A stretch of DNA of 64,000 bases from positions 8,499-72,498 of the forward strand of contig JBEPUZ010000003.1 in the NCBI GenBank assembly GCA_041691275.1, in the 5' to 3' direction. This DNA comes from Actinomycetota bacterium (GTDB lineage Bacteria > Actinomycetota > Acidimicrobiia > IMCC26256 > PALSA-610). The notes under the pieces are model-generated. The model made no database searches, was not told the DNA's origin, and worked only from the letters and a program-made list of their open reading frames with translations. Numbering within the stretch: position 1 is the stretch's first letter; each line of letters opens with the position of its first letter. This document shows positions 51,026 to 60,375 of the stretch, one piece after another. Position numbers and translations under genes: made by a program.

Positions 51026-51760
51026 TCACGGCGCCGACTTCGCGGTGCCGAGGTACGCGCGTTGCACCGAGGGGTCTGCCTGGATCTCCGACGGTGTGCC
51101 CTGGGCGATGATGCGACCGAAGTCGAGCACGCTGATATGCGTGCACGCCTCCATGACGAGCGGCATGTCGTGCTCCACCAGGAGGACACCGAGGCCGTCG
51201 CGGGTGAGATCGTGGAGCAGGACTCCGAGCGCGTCGGTCTCCTGCTCGTCCAGACCCGACGACGGTTCGTCGAGGAGCAACACCTTGGGCTCGGTGGCCA
51301 GCGCGCGGGCGAGCTCCACCAGGCGCGCGCTCCCTGTCGGCAACGCTTCGACGCGTGTGTCGGCCACCGACATGATCCCGACCCGTTCGAGCAGCTCGTC
51401 GGCCACGACCGCGCAGTCGTAGCGCGAGCTCGCCCACCGGCGCCGCATCTCGAGCGCGACGAGCACGTTCTCGCGAGCACTGAGACTGCCGAACGCCTCC
51501 AACCGTTGGAACGTGCGCGCGATACCGAGCCGAGCCCGACGGTACGGCCGCTTGCGCGTCACATCGGCGCCGTCGAGCAAGATCTTGCCCCGGCTCGGCG
51601 ACTGCAATCCGGTGATCACGTTGAACAGCGTGGTCTTGCCCGCGCCGTTGGGTCCGATGAGACCGGTCACGTAGCCGGCGGGGACGGAGAACGAGGCGTC
51701 GTCGACGGCCAACAGTCCGCCGAACTGGACCGCGACTCCCTCGACATCGAGCAATCCCAC
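51026..51760 (-). CDS. livG: branched-chain amino acid ABC transporter ATP-binding protein (LivG-type)
   Basis: Walker A GPNGAGKTT, Walker B LLLDEPSSGL, LVEHDM. Start at in-frame GTG 51760, immediately after the permease stop. Confidence 0.9.
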   Translation of the reverse strand: MGLLDVEGVAVQFGGLLAVDDASFSVPAGYVTGLIGPNGAGKTTLFNVITGLQSPSRGKILLDGADVTRKRPYRRARLGIARTFQRLEAFGSLSARENVLVALEMRRRWASSRYDCAVVADELLERVGIMSVADTRVEALPTGSARLVELARALATEPKVLLLDEPSSGLDEQETDALGVLLHDLTRDGLGVLLVEHDMPLVMEACTHISVLDFGRIIAQGTPSEIQADPSVQRAYLGTAKSAP

Positions 51761-51761
51761 G

Positions 51762-53909
51762 TCATCCGCTCCTTGCCGGCGCGGTCGCCGTTGCCGCGCC
51801 GCGGGGAACGTCGGCGCTGATACCGAGACCGCGGTCGATGAGCAGCACATCGGCTTCGTCGAACGGTCGTTGCAGGCCGAGTTCGCCAACCTCTGGCTCC
51901 GCGGCCGCGGCCGTCATCTCCTCGTACTCCTTGCGGGCGTCGTGTCGCCACGGAAGGAGCCGGGCGAAGCCCTCGCCCATGGGAACCACCGCCCCCGACG
52001 GGTTCTGGATGATGCCGAGCACCGCGAGCCCGGGCGCGAGGTATGTGATGCCGACCCAGAGCGAGATGTGCCAGTCGCTCTGGACGATCACGAGGCTCAA
52101 CCCGAAGATCCCGGCGAACAGCGCACCCGCGACGAAGCCGACCCCGCCGATCACGAGCGCGAGTACAATGGGCAGACCACTCAGCGCCTCGAAGCCGGTC
52201 GAGCCGCTCAGCTTTCCCGACGACATCGCTAGGAACGCGCCCGCAAACCCGGCGATCCCGGCCGAGAGCGCGAACACCGCGAGCTTGGTCTCCAGCACGT
52301 TCACGCCCACGGTGACCGACGCGGCTTCGCTGTCGCGCAGCGCCACGAGCCGTCGTCCGAACGCGCTGCGCCGCAGCGCGACGATGCCGATCCCGCACAA
52401 CCCGAATACCACGGTCACCAGGATCAGGAACGACTTGGGCGAGGAGAAGTCGATGCCGAGCAGGTGCACCCGCGCGACATCGCGCTCGCCGGGACCCACC
52501 GCGAACGGCTGCGAGAAGAAGACCTCCTCGACCATCGCCGCGAACGCGAGCGTCGCCAACGCGAGATAGAGACCCTGCAGCCGCATGGCCGGGAAGGCGA
52601 GGAGGGCACCCACCGGGATGGTGACCAGAGCTGCGAGGAACACCGCCCAGATGCTGCCGTGGGCGCCGCCCAGCCGGGCGTAGGCGACCGCGCCGATTCC
52701 CGCGAACGCGAGCGGGGCCAACGAGACCTGGCCCGCCCAACCGGTGAGTGGCACCAGCGAGAGCGCGACGAGAGCCGTGCACATCCCGAGCGTGATCCGG
52801 TTGACGTTCGTGGGGTCGGTATTCGAGAGGAACGTGGTCAACAGGACCATGAACGCGACGAGCGCGACCATGCCGATCGTCGTGTCGCGCACCGACGACA
52901 CACGCTCGACCCTCCGCACCGCGTTGATGCGGGCGAACTGGATCTCCGCACGCGGCAGCACCAACAAGACGATGAACAACATGATGGTCGGGAGCGCATC
53001 GGGCACGTTCGTCCAGCGATCGGAGAACTTCAGGAACGAACCCATCCATTGCGTCGACAACGCCAGTATCAGCGCACCGAGGTAGGTCAGCGGGAGGCTC
53101 CGCAAACGCCCGACCACGGCGGCCGCAAACGCAGTGATGACGAGGAGCGTCAGCACGGTCGGCGACATGTCGGCGGTCTCCGGCGCGAGCAGGATGCCCG
53201 CCAGCGCCGCGAGCGAGCAGCCCAGGGCCCAGGCCACGCTCGAAAGCGCCGTCGAACGGGCACCGCCGAGTGCCGCCAACTCGCGATTGTCGACGACCGC
53301 GCGCATAGCGACGCCGACGCGCGTCCGGAACAGCAGGATCCGTAGCGCGATCGCGAGCGCGACGGCGATGACGATGACGATGAACCGGTGCCACGTGAGC
53401 AGCACCTGACCGATGTGAATCCCGCGCCCGGCAAAGAGGAACGGCATCGTGTGCGAGTTCTGCTGATTCCAGATCATGTTCGCCAGACCGATCAGAGCGA
53501 ACATCAGCCCGACCGTCACCATCAGCTGTACGACGAGCGGTTTGCCCTGTAAGCGCCGCATGACGGCGCGGTCCAGCAGAATCCCGAACAGCGGCGCGAG
53601 CACGAGCACGACCAACGGGAGCACGATCAACTGGGGCCAGCCGCGGTCGACGGTGAGCTCCCAGTCGACGTACGCGAAGAACATGCCGATCGCGCCCTGG
53701 GCGAAGTTGAACACCCCGGTCGTCGTGTACACGACGACGAGCCCGCTCGCCGTCATCGCAATGATGCCGGCGACCGGGAGCGCCAACACGACCAGGTTGA
53801 GCAGGCTCGTTCCGTTGACCGCGTTCCCGGCCCACGCGGCCTTGCTGACCAAGACGATGAACGCGACCGTTCCCACCCAGACCAGCAGGTTCGACCACCG
53901 TTGCGACAA
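51762..53909 (-). CDS. fused LivH-LivM branched-chain amino acid ABC permease
   Basis: 715 aa. The N-terminal half is LivH-like (...VFNFAQGAIGMFFAY...) and the C-terminal half LivM-like (...GWAGQVSLAPLAFAGIGAVAYA...). About 85 non-membrane residues at the C-terminus. Confidence 0.9.
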   Translation of the reverse strand: MSQRWSNLLVWVGTVAFIVLVSKAAWAGNAVNGTSLLNLVVLALPVAGIIAMTASGLVVVYTTTGVFNFAQGAIGMFFAYVDWELTVDRGWPQLIVLPLVVLVLAPLFGILLDRAVMRRLQGKPLVVQLMVTVGLMFALIGLANMIWNQQNSHTMPFLFAGRGIHIGQVLLTWHRFIVIVIAVALAIALRILLFRTRVGVAMRAVVDNRELAALGGARSTALSSVAWALGCSLAALAGILLAPETADMSPTVLTLLVITAFAAAVVGRLRSLPLTYLGALILALSTQWMGSFLKFSDRWTNVPDALPTIMLFIVLLVLPRAEIQFARINAVRRVERVSSVRDTTIGMVALVAFMVLLTTFLSNTDPTNVNRITLGMCTALVALSLVPLTGWAGQVSLAPLAFAGIGAVAYARLGGAHGSIWAVFLAALVTIPVGALLAFPAMRLQGLYLALATLAFAAMVEEVFFSQPFAVGPGERDVARVHLLGIDFSSPKSFLILVTVVFGLCGIGIVALRRSAFGRRLVALRDSEAASVTVGVNVLETKLAVFALSAGIAGFAGAFLAMSSGKLSGSTGFEALSGLPIVLALVIGGVGFVAGALFAGIFGLSLVIVQSDWHISLWVGITYLAPGLAVLGIIQNPSGAVVPMGEGFARLLPWRHDARKEYEEMTAAAAEPEVGELGLQRPFDEADVLLIDRGLGISADVPRGAATATAPARSG

Positions 53910-53947
53910 AGCCAGCTCTCCTTCGCGGGTCTTAGGTCGGGCGCGTG

Positions 53948-55354
53948 CTAACCGTGATACGCCTTCGCCGCGTCGATGCTGAGGGTCAGGGCCGGCTTGT
54001 TGTCGTCGCAGTCGAACGTGCCCGGCTTCACCGGGTCGACGCGCACGAAATTCCCGTTCTGGACCTGCATTCCGACGAGGCAGGTGCTGCCGACCTTGTT
54101 ACCGATGTCGATCTTCGGCACCATGCCGTTGGAGTCGAAGTCGTGAATCTTGCGAATGGCGGTAAGCAGGTTGGCTCGGGTGATCGAGTTCGGGTTCCCG
54201 TTGTTCGCCTTCATCGTGTCGGACACGGCCCGGGCGAAGACCTCTCCGGCAACGAATGCCTGGGCGCCGAAGCCGTCGGGAGTCTTGTCGTACTTCAAGA
54301 AGGCGTCGAGGTCGGCGTTCGCACCCTTGTCCTCGAAGGGCAGGAAGTTGAGCCACACGTACTGCCCCTCGACCGCGCTCCCACCCGACTGGATCAGCCG
54401 CTTGTCGTAGCACTGCACCGAGCAGTCCCAGACCTTCACGGTATTGACACCCTGGACCTGCGCCTCCTTGCGCATCAGCACCATGCCCAGGTAGTCGAGG
54501 CCGTTACGGGCGTAGGTCGACTTGTCGTTCTTGATCGCCTGCGCGACCTCGGTGTAAGCGGTCTGGATGTCGGTGCCGCTCTTGCCGAACTCGGCGTCGC
54601 TCTTGATACCCATCTGGTTCTCGGCCCGGAAGATCGGCATCGACGACGCGATCGTCGAAGCGGTGTCCTTCGGGACCACGAACACACCGTGCAGCGCCGT
54701 CGCTCCGTACTTGTTGAAGTAGTAGTCGTACTGCGTTCGACCGACGTGGAACGTGCGCACGCCCGTGCCGCTGTACGGGCACGACGATCCGGTCGGGAGC
54801 GTCGCGAACGAGACGAGCGAACACTGCTGGGTCACGTCGGTCTGCAGGTCGGCCAGGTCCGGCAGACCGGTAACGACGCCGGCCTTGTCCTTGCAGTTGT
54901 TCATGGCGCTGACGTTCTGGAAGAACAGCGCCGTGGTGCCGACCATGGCGACGGAGTTGCCGCAAGCAGCTGCGACGGCGTTGTCGGCGTCGGTCGGGCT
55001 CAACTTGGAGTCGGCCTCCTTGACGACGACCTGGCGGCAGGCGAGGCCACCCTTGGAGTTGATGTAGTCGGCCCAGGCCTTGACCCCGAGCCAAGAGCCC
55101 TTGAACAGGCCCGGACGGAAGCCGTTGTCGACGTCGGCCACGACCGTGACGGTGATCGTCTTGGCGGTCACCCCGATCTCGGGCGCGGTGAGCGTCGTCG
55201 TCTTGCAGGCGTCGGGCGCCACAGCCGTCGTCGTCGTGCCTCCGAGGCCACCGCCGCCGCCGCTCGTGCCGCCGCTCTTGCTGCTGCTGCCACCACCGCA
55301 GGCGGTGACAACCAGAACCAAAGCCGTCGCGAGGACGCACCAACGCAGCCGCAT
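53948..55354 (-). CDS. ABC transporter substrate-binding lipoprotein (LivJ/type-1 PBP-like)
   Basis: Start at ATG 55354 (MRLRWCVLATALVLVVTACGGGSSS, lipobox) with a GGGGGAG SD. Head of the liv-type operon. Confidence 0.85.
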   Translation of the reverse strand: MRLRWCVLATALVLVVTACGGGSSSKSGGTSGGGGGLGGTTTTAVAPDACKTTTLTAPEIGVTAKTITVTVVADVDNGFRPGLFKGSWLGVKAWADYINSKGGLACRQVVVKEADSKLSPTDADNAVAAACGNSVAMVGTTALFFQNVSAMNNCKDKAGVVTGLPDLADLQTDVTQQCSLVSFATLPTGSSCPYSGTGVRTFHVGRTQYDYYFNKYGATALHGVFVVPKDTASTIASSMPIFRAENQMGIKSDAEFGKSGTDIQTAYTEVAQAIKNDKSTYARNGLDYLGMVLMRKEAQVQGVNTVKVWDCSVQCYDKRLIQSGGSAVEGQYVWLNFLPFEDKGANADLDAFLKYDKTPDGFGAQAFVAGEVFARAVSDTMKANNGNPNSITRANLLTAIRKIHDFDSNGMVPKIDIGNKVGSTCLVGMQVQNGNFVRVDPVKPGTFDCDDNKPALTLSIDAAKAYHG

Positions 55355-55497
55355 ATTTTCTCCCCCGGGTCGCTTGACGGGCCGAAGCGTACGGACATTG
55401 TGCACGTCTGTCGATCTGGAATTGGGGCACCCGTTCGCGAACGTTCAGCAAGACGCCTCCCGGAGGTCGAGCGGGACGTTCGTCGAGAGGTTGCCGA

Positions 55498-56799
55498 ATG
55501 TCCGCGGAGACGCGACTATTCGGACGAGTGGCCGTCACGATCACCGCGTACCGTTACACGTCGAGCGCCTTTGCCGCCCGGGAGAACGAGCAGCTGTGGC
55601 CGAGGGTCTGGCAGCTCGCGTGCTCGGTCGACCACGTCGCAAACCCGGGCGACTTCCACGAGGTGCGGATCGGACCTCTGTCGATACTCCTGGTACGCGG
55701 CCACGACATGGAGCTCCGCGCCTTCCAGAATGCGTGCCGCCATCGTGGGAGCGCGCTGTGCGAGGGTTCGGGCGCGGGGCTCGACGAGATCCGGTGCCCG
55801 TTTCACCGTTGGGCGTACGACCTGACCGGCCGGCTGCGCGAGGTGCCATCGCGCCGCGAGTTCGGGCAGCTCGGCGACACGGCACTCCTGCCCGTCCGGG
55901 TCGACACGTGGGGCCCGCTCGTGTTCGTGAACGTGACGCCGGACGCGGAACCCCTGCTCGAGTTCCTGGGCGCGGTCCCCGACGACTGCGCATGGGCCAG
56001 GGTGGACGAGTTCCGCTGCACCGCCTCGGTCTCGATCCCGGCGCCCTGCAACTGGAAGACCCTCATCGACGGGTTCAGTGAGACGTACCACGTCCAGGGA
56101 ATCCACCGCGAGATGCTGGCGATGTGCGACGACGTCAACGGCCCACAGCAGGTCTGGGACCGGCACGGAAAGCTGGTGCAGTCGTACGGCCTCTCGTCGC
56201 CTCGTCTGCGCGACCGGCCCGACGATCAGGGCATCTGGGAGGCGTTCGTCGAGGTCATGGGCGTACGCGTCGGTAACCCGGCCCAGACCGATGCCGGCCC
56301 CGCGCCCGTGGTGCCCACCGGCGGGACGATGCGGGGTGCGATCGCCGAAGTGGTGCGCGAACGCGGCATCGACGCGGGCCATGACTGGTTCCGAGATCTC
56401 GACGACGGCCGGCTCCTCGACATGTCGCAGTACAACCTGTTCCCGAACGTCACGATCCTGGTGTTCGCCGACATGCTGCAGCTGGTTCGGGCCCGTCCCG
56501 GCGCCACTCCCGACGACGCGTACATGGACGCGTTTTCGTTCGAGCGCGTCGCGCCCGACGATCCGCGCCCGCGCACGAAGCCGTTCGACATCGATCTGTC
56601 TCCTGACGACGAGCTCCCGATCGGCCTCGTCCTCAATCAGGACTTCGCGAACTTCGCCCGGAGCCAGCGGGGCGTGCATCAACCCGGTCTGACCGACCTC
56701 CTGGTGTCGCCCACCGAAGAGTGCCGGATCATCAACATGCACCAGAACCTCGAGCGCTACCTCGGCATCGCCCCGAGCGAGCTCACGACTCTGGACTGA
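55498..56799 (+). CDS. Rieske [2Fe-2S] ring-hydroxylating oxygenase alpha subunit
   Basis: Rieske motif CRHRGSALCEGSGAGLDEIRCPFHRW (CxH-X17-CxxH). Mononuclear iron region SETYHVQGIH. Confidence 0.9.
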   Translation: MSAETRLFGRVAVTITAYRYTSSAFAARENEQLWPRVWQLACSVDHVANPGDFHEVRIGPLSILLVRGHDMELRAFQNACRHRGSALCEGSGAGLDEIRCPFHRWAYDLTGRLREVPSRREFGQLGDTALLPVRVDTWGPLVFVNVTPDAEPLLEFLGAVPDDCAWARVDEFRCTASVSIPAPCNWKTLIDGFSETYHVQGIHREMLAMCDDVNGPQQVWDRHGKLVQSYGLSSPRLRDRPDDQGIWEAFVEVMGVRVGNPAQTDAGPAPVVPTGGTMRGAIAEVVRERGIDAGHDWFRDLDDGRLLDMSQYNLFPNVTILVFADMLQLVRARPGATPDDAYMDAFSFERVAPDDPRPRTKPFDIDLSPDDELPIGLVLNQDFANFARSQRGVHQPGLTDLLVSPTEECRIINMHQNLERYLGIAPSELTTLD

Positions 56800-57961
56800 C
56801 GAGCACACACCGGGTCCCGGTGTAGATCGTCGGCATGCACTTGTTGCAGTGGATGCACAGCGACTCGCGCTTGGGGTCCTTCTGCATCTCGAGGAGCAGC
56901 TCGGGCTCCCGCAACAGGGCCCGGCCCATCTGCACCAACGCGAACCCTTCCGCGAGCGCGTCGGTCACCGTGTCGAGGCGGTTGATGCCCCCGAGCAACA
57001 CCAGCGGCATGGAAAGCGCGGCACGGAACTGGCGCGCGTAGGGCAGGAAGTACGCCTCCTCGAACGGGTACTCCTTGAAGAAATAGCCTCCTACCAACTT
57101 GATCCCGGCCTTCAGAACCCCGGGGAACATCTCGGCCATCTCCGCGACCGGTGCCTCGCCGCGGAAGAGGTACATCGGGTTCTCGAACGAACTGCCCCCG
57201 GTGAGCGAGAGCGCGTCGAGCTCGCCGTCGGCCTCCAGCATCCGCGCGAAACCGATGCTCTCCTCGATCCAGAATCCGCCCCGCACACCGTCGGTCATAT
57301 TGATCTTGGCGGTGACCGCGATGTCGCGTCCGGCCGCGGCGCGAACCGCGCGCACGACCTCGCGGGCGAAGCGGGCCCGGTTCTCGAGGCTCCCGCCGAA
57401 CTCGTCGGAACGCTTGTTCAGACGGGGTGAGAGAAACGCGCTCAGCAGGTAGCCGTGACCGATGTGCACCTCGATCGCGTCGAATCCCGCGTCGCGCAGA
57501 ACCCGCGCGCCGTGCGCGTACTGGTCGACGATCGTCGCGATGTCGCTCGTGCTCACCGCGCGCGTGCGGCGCATCCCGAGCGGACTGAAGACGCGCGACG
57601 GCGAAACTGCGGGCGACTTCGTCCCCATCGGGTTCGAGACCGGTCCCGCGTGACCGATCTGCGCGGCGATGGCGGCGCCTTCGGCGTGCACCGCGTCGGT
57701 GAGCGCACGCAGACCGGCTCCGACGTCGGGGTTGTCGAGCACGATCTGATGACCGTCGGTCGAGCCCGCACGTGTCACCGCGCAGTACGCCACGGTGGTC
57801 ATGCCGACACCACCGGCCGCGAACCTCCGATGGAACTCGATCAACTCCGGCGTGACCACCCGCTTGGGTGTGCGCCCCTCGAAGGTCGCCGCTTTCACGA
57901 TGCGATTGCGCAGTGTGATCGGACCGAGGCGGACTGGAGCGAAGGGATCTGACTCGACCAT
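56783..57961 (-). CDS. NADH:flavin oxidoreductase (Old Yellow Enzyme family)
   Basis: Start at ATG 57961 (MVESDPFAPVRLGPITLRNRIVKAATFEG...). ...QIGHAGP..., ...GFDAIEVHIGHGYLLSAFLSP... The track ORF is over-extended to 58363. Confidence 0.9.
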   Translation of the reverse strand: MVESDPFAPVRLGPITLRNRIVKAATFEGRTPKRVVTPELIEFHRRFAAGGVGMTTVAYCAVTRAGSTDGHQIVLDNPDVGAGLRALTDAVHAEGAAIAAQIGHAGPVSNPMGTKSPAVSPSRVFSPLGMRRTRAVSTSDIATIVDQYAHGARVLRDAGFDAIEVHIGHGYLLSAFLSPRLNKRSDEFGGSLENRARFAREVVRAVRAAAGRDIAVTAKINMTDGVRGGFWIEESIGFARMLEADGELDALSLTGGSSFENPMYLFRGEAPVAEMAEMFPGVLKAGIKLVGGYFFKEYPFEEAYFLPYARQFRAALSMPLVLLGGINRLDTVTDALAEGFALVQMGRALLREPELLLEMQKDPKRESLCIHCNKCMPTIYTGTRCVLVSPES

Positions 57962-57997
57962 GCCCGGACCGTACTCTCGACGCGCCACAATGGCACC

Positions 57998-58390
57998 GTG
58001 GATCTCAACGACTTCTATGACGCCGACCCGCGCCGCCGCTCGTCCGAAGAGCTGGAGTTCGGCTCCGACTGGGACGAGGGCGGCGCGCGCACCCAGGTGT
58101 CGTGGATCGAGGCGACCGGCGAGCTCTACGCGATGCGCGACCCGCTCGGTCGCCTCGTGAGCGACTTCATCGGCGACCAGAGTGTGACGCCGGTCGCCGA
58201 CCAGCAACTGACCGTCGAAGTGCTCGGCACGGTGGCAGGCCGCGAAGCGATCCGCGCGGTCATGAGCGGCTGGGAAGCGGCGATGCCGCCGACCGAGAGC
58301 CTCGCCTGGGTACGCGACCGCGTCGCCCACGCGGCGACCGAATTGCACGACGCGCCCGCGCAACCCTCACGGGACCTTCCCGCCGACTGA
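57998..58390 (+). CDS. conserved hypothetical protein
   Basis: 130 aa, GTG start, high G/C in third positions. FYDADPRRRSSEELEFGSDW...VSWIEATGELYAM resembles a widespread actinobacterial protein of unknown function. Confidence 0.6.
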   Translation: MDLNDFYDADPRRRSSEELEFGSDWDEGGARTQVSWIEATGELYAMRDPLGRLVSDFIGDQSVTPVADQQLTVEVLGTVAGREAIRAVMSGWEAAMPPTESLAWVRDRVAHAATELHDAPAQPSRDLPAD

Positions 58391-58410
58391 TCAGCGTTCC
58401 CGGCGCCAGC

Positions 58411-59814
58411 TCAGGCCAGTTCGCGTCGGAGCACTTTGCCGACCTCGCTGCGCGGGAGCGCGTCGAGGCGGTGGAACGCGACCGGCACCTTGTACGGCGC
58501 GAGATGCTCGCGACACATCACGACGAGCTCCTCGTCGGAGACCGGTCTCGACGTCACCACGTATGCCACCGGGACCTCCCCGAGCCGGTCGTCGGCCTTA
58601 CCGACCACGGCCGCCTCGACAACGCCGGGCACGAGGCACAACACCTCTTCGACGTGCTCCGGAAAGACCTTGTTGCCGCCCCGATTGATCACGTCGCCCG
58701 CACGGCCTTCGATCCAGACGAAGCCGTCCCCATCGACCCGCGCGAGGTCGCCGGTGTCGATGAAGCCGTCGGCGTCGAGGCGTGCCGACGCGATGCCGAC
58801 CGCCGTCGACGGAGGTCGAACCAACAGCGCGCCGATCGTGTCACCGTCGGCGGGAACGATCTTGATGGAGACACCCGGGTGCGGACGCCCAATCGCGCCG
58901 AGCTTCTCGGGGTGCTCACGGGCGTCGGCAGCCGTCCAGCCGATGACCTCACCGAGCTCGGCTTGCCCGTAGCCGTTCAGCACGACGACACCGAACTTCT
59001 CGTTGAAGCGGCGAGCCTGCAACGGCGACAGCGGCGCGGTGATGCTGCGCACGTAGCGCAGCGGCGCGAGATCGGTCACCGCAGACGCGTCGGAGAGCAT
59101 CGCCATCGCCGCGGGCGGAAGCACGGTCGACCGGATCGCGAACCGGGCGACGAGTGCCGCGAACTCGGTCGGTTCGAACCGGTCCATGACGACGACCTCG
59201 GCGCCCGCCCGCAGACCGAACAGCACGTTGTAGATGCCCGCGTTCAACGCGAGCGAGACCGGGACCAGGTTCGGGCTCGGCCGGCGGGTCTCGCGGGCAC
59301 CTGCGGTGTTGCCCTGGGTGCCGCGGAGAGGGCCGAGCACGCGGTCGAGCAGCTCGAGATAGTTGGTGTGCGTGTGCAAGATCGGTTTCGGCGTTCCGGT
59401 GGTACCCGACGTCCACGTGACGAAGGCGACATCCTCCGGGTACGAACGCGTCTTCCAACCCGTGCCGCCGCCGGTGCCCTCCGAAAGACGCTCGATGCCT
59501 GCGGCGGTCAACAGCGCGACAGGGCCGGTGGCCTCGAGCGCGCTCCGGCGTTCCCGTTCGGGGGAACGCGCGTTCACCGGGACGAACACGGCTCCCGCCA
59601 ACCACACCCCGAACATCGCCACGATTGCGTCGGGGCCGTTCGGGAGCTGCACCGCAACGGCCCGACCCGGGTCGACGCCCGCGGCCGTCAGCATCCCGGC
59701 GACCACACGTGCGGCGGCGCGGGCGGCACCGGCCGTCAACGAGGTCGCGCCCGAGTGCAGAAGCGGCTCGTCGTCCGCGAAGGGATGATCGGTCAGCAAA
59801 GCCGCGAGCGTCAC
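58411..59814 (-). CDS. AMP-dependent acyl-CoA synthetase/ligase
   Basis: 467 aa, GTG start. Motifs TWTSGTTGTPKP, GYGQAELG, DTGDLARVDGDGFVWIEGRAGD and the C-terminal KV.R.EL. Confidence 0.9.
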   Translation of the reverse strand: MTLAALLTDHPFADDEPLLHSGATSLTAGAARAAARVVAGMLTAAGVDPGRAVAVQLPNGPDAIVAMFGVWLAGAVFVPVNARSPERERRSALEATGPVALLTAAGIERLSEGTGGGTGWKTRSYPEDVAFVTWTSGTTGTPKPILHTHTNYLELLDRVLGPLRGTQGNTAGARETRRPSPNLVPVSLALNAGIYNVLFGLRAGAEVVVMDRFEPTEFAALVARFAIRSTVLPPAAMAMLSDASAVTDLAPLRYVRSITAPLSPLQARRFNEKFGVVVLNGYGQAELGEVIGWTAADAREHPEKLGAIGRPHPGVSIKIVPADGDTIGALLVRPPSTAVGIASARLDADGFIDTGDLARVDGDGFVWIEGRAGDVINRGGNKVFPEHVEEVLCLVPGVVEAAVVGKADDRLGEVPVAYVVTSRPVSDEELVVMCREHLAPYKVPVAFHRLDALPRSEVGKVLRRELA

Positions 59815-60052
59815 TACCCTGACCTGGCCTTTCTCGGGTTCGAAGGAGACCGACCGCGACCGCCGACCGGGGTGGGCCGGACCGCCCTGTCCGGGAAAAC
59901 GCGCGCCGAGCGCCTAGGCTGTGAAGGCAGCTGTGTGGTTGATCTCGGCCTCGCACCGCCATTCTTCCACCATCGGCTGACAACCCTTTCGATCATCTTG
60001 CGAGCGCGCGCCGGCGGGCCCAGCGCTCTCGCCGCCGGATGAGGAGACGCAT

Positions 60053-60325
60053 ATGGCAACACGACGTACGACTTCGAACAAGCGAGAGCGCGAACGCTCG
60101 AAGCAGGCCAAGGCCACCGCCAAGCGGGAACGCCGGCTCGACAAGTCGCCCGACGAGGACGCGGAGATCATCGAGTTCGACGAGAACTCGGCCACGACCG
60201 AAGAGCTGATCGAGCGCATCGCAGCGATGCACGAGCAGTACGACGACGGCCAGCTCTCGTTCGAGGCCTTCGACGAGCAGAAGGCCGAGCTCATGACCCT
60301 TCTCACGGCGCGCCTGTCCGAATAA
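60053..60325 (+). CDS. small protein with a basic N-terminus and a SHOCT-like C-terminal motif
   Basis: 90 aa. GAGGAG SD upstream of the ATG. High G/C in third positions. ELIERIAAMHEQYDDGQLSFEAFDEQKAELMTLL resembles the SHOCT short C-terminal domain. Confidence 0.6.
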   Translation: MATRRTTSNKRERERSKQAKATAKRERRLDKSPDEDAEIIEFDENSATTEELIERIAAMHEQYDDGQLSFEAFDEQKAELMTLLTARLSE

Positions 60326-60332
60326 GCTTCCT

Positions 60333-60347
60333 CGAAATCTGATTTCG
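60333..60347. promoter_or_regulatory. perfect 7-1-7 palindrome CGAAATC-T-GATTTCG upstream of the desaturase gene
   Basis: Read directly. It is an AT-rich island in a 50-bp intergenic region, flanked by outer CTTC/GAAG arms. Confidence 0.3.
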
Positions 60348-60375
60348 TCTGAAGCACCTCGCGTCAAGGAGCGGC

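Noticed and set aside
59815-60052. 238-bp divergent intergenic region examined for a riboswitch or sRNA
   Set aside because: I recognised no known riboswitch consensus or convincing terminator. It is probably just two divergent promoters. ORF 59814..60062 there is Arg/Pro-rich and implausible.
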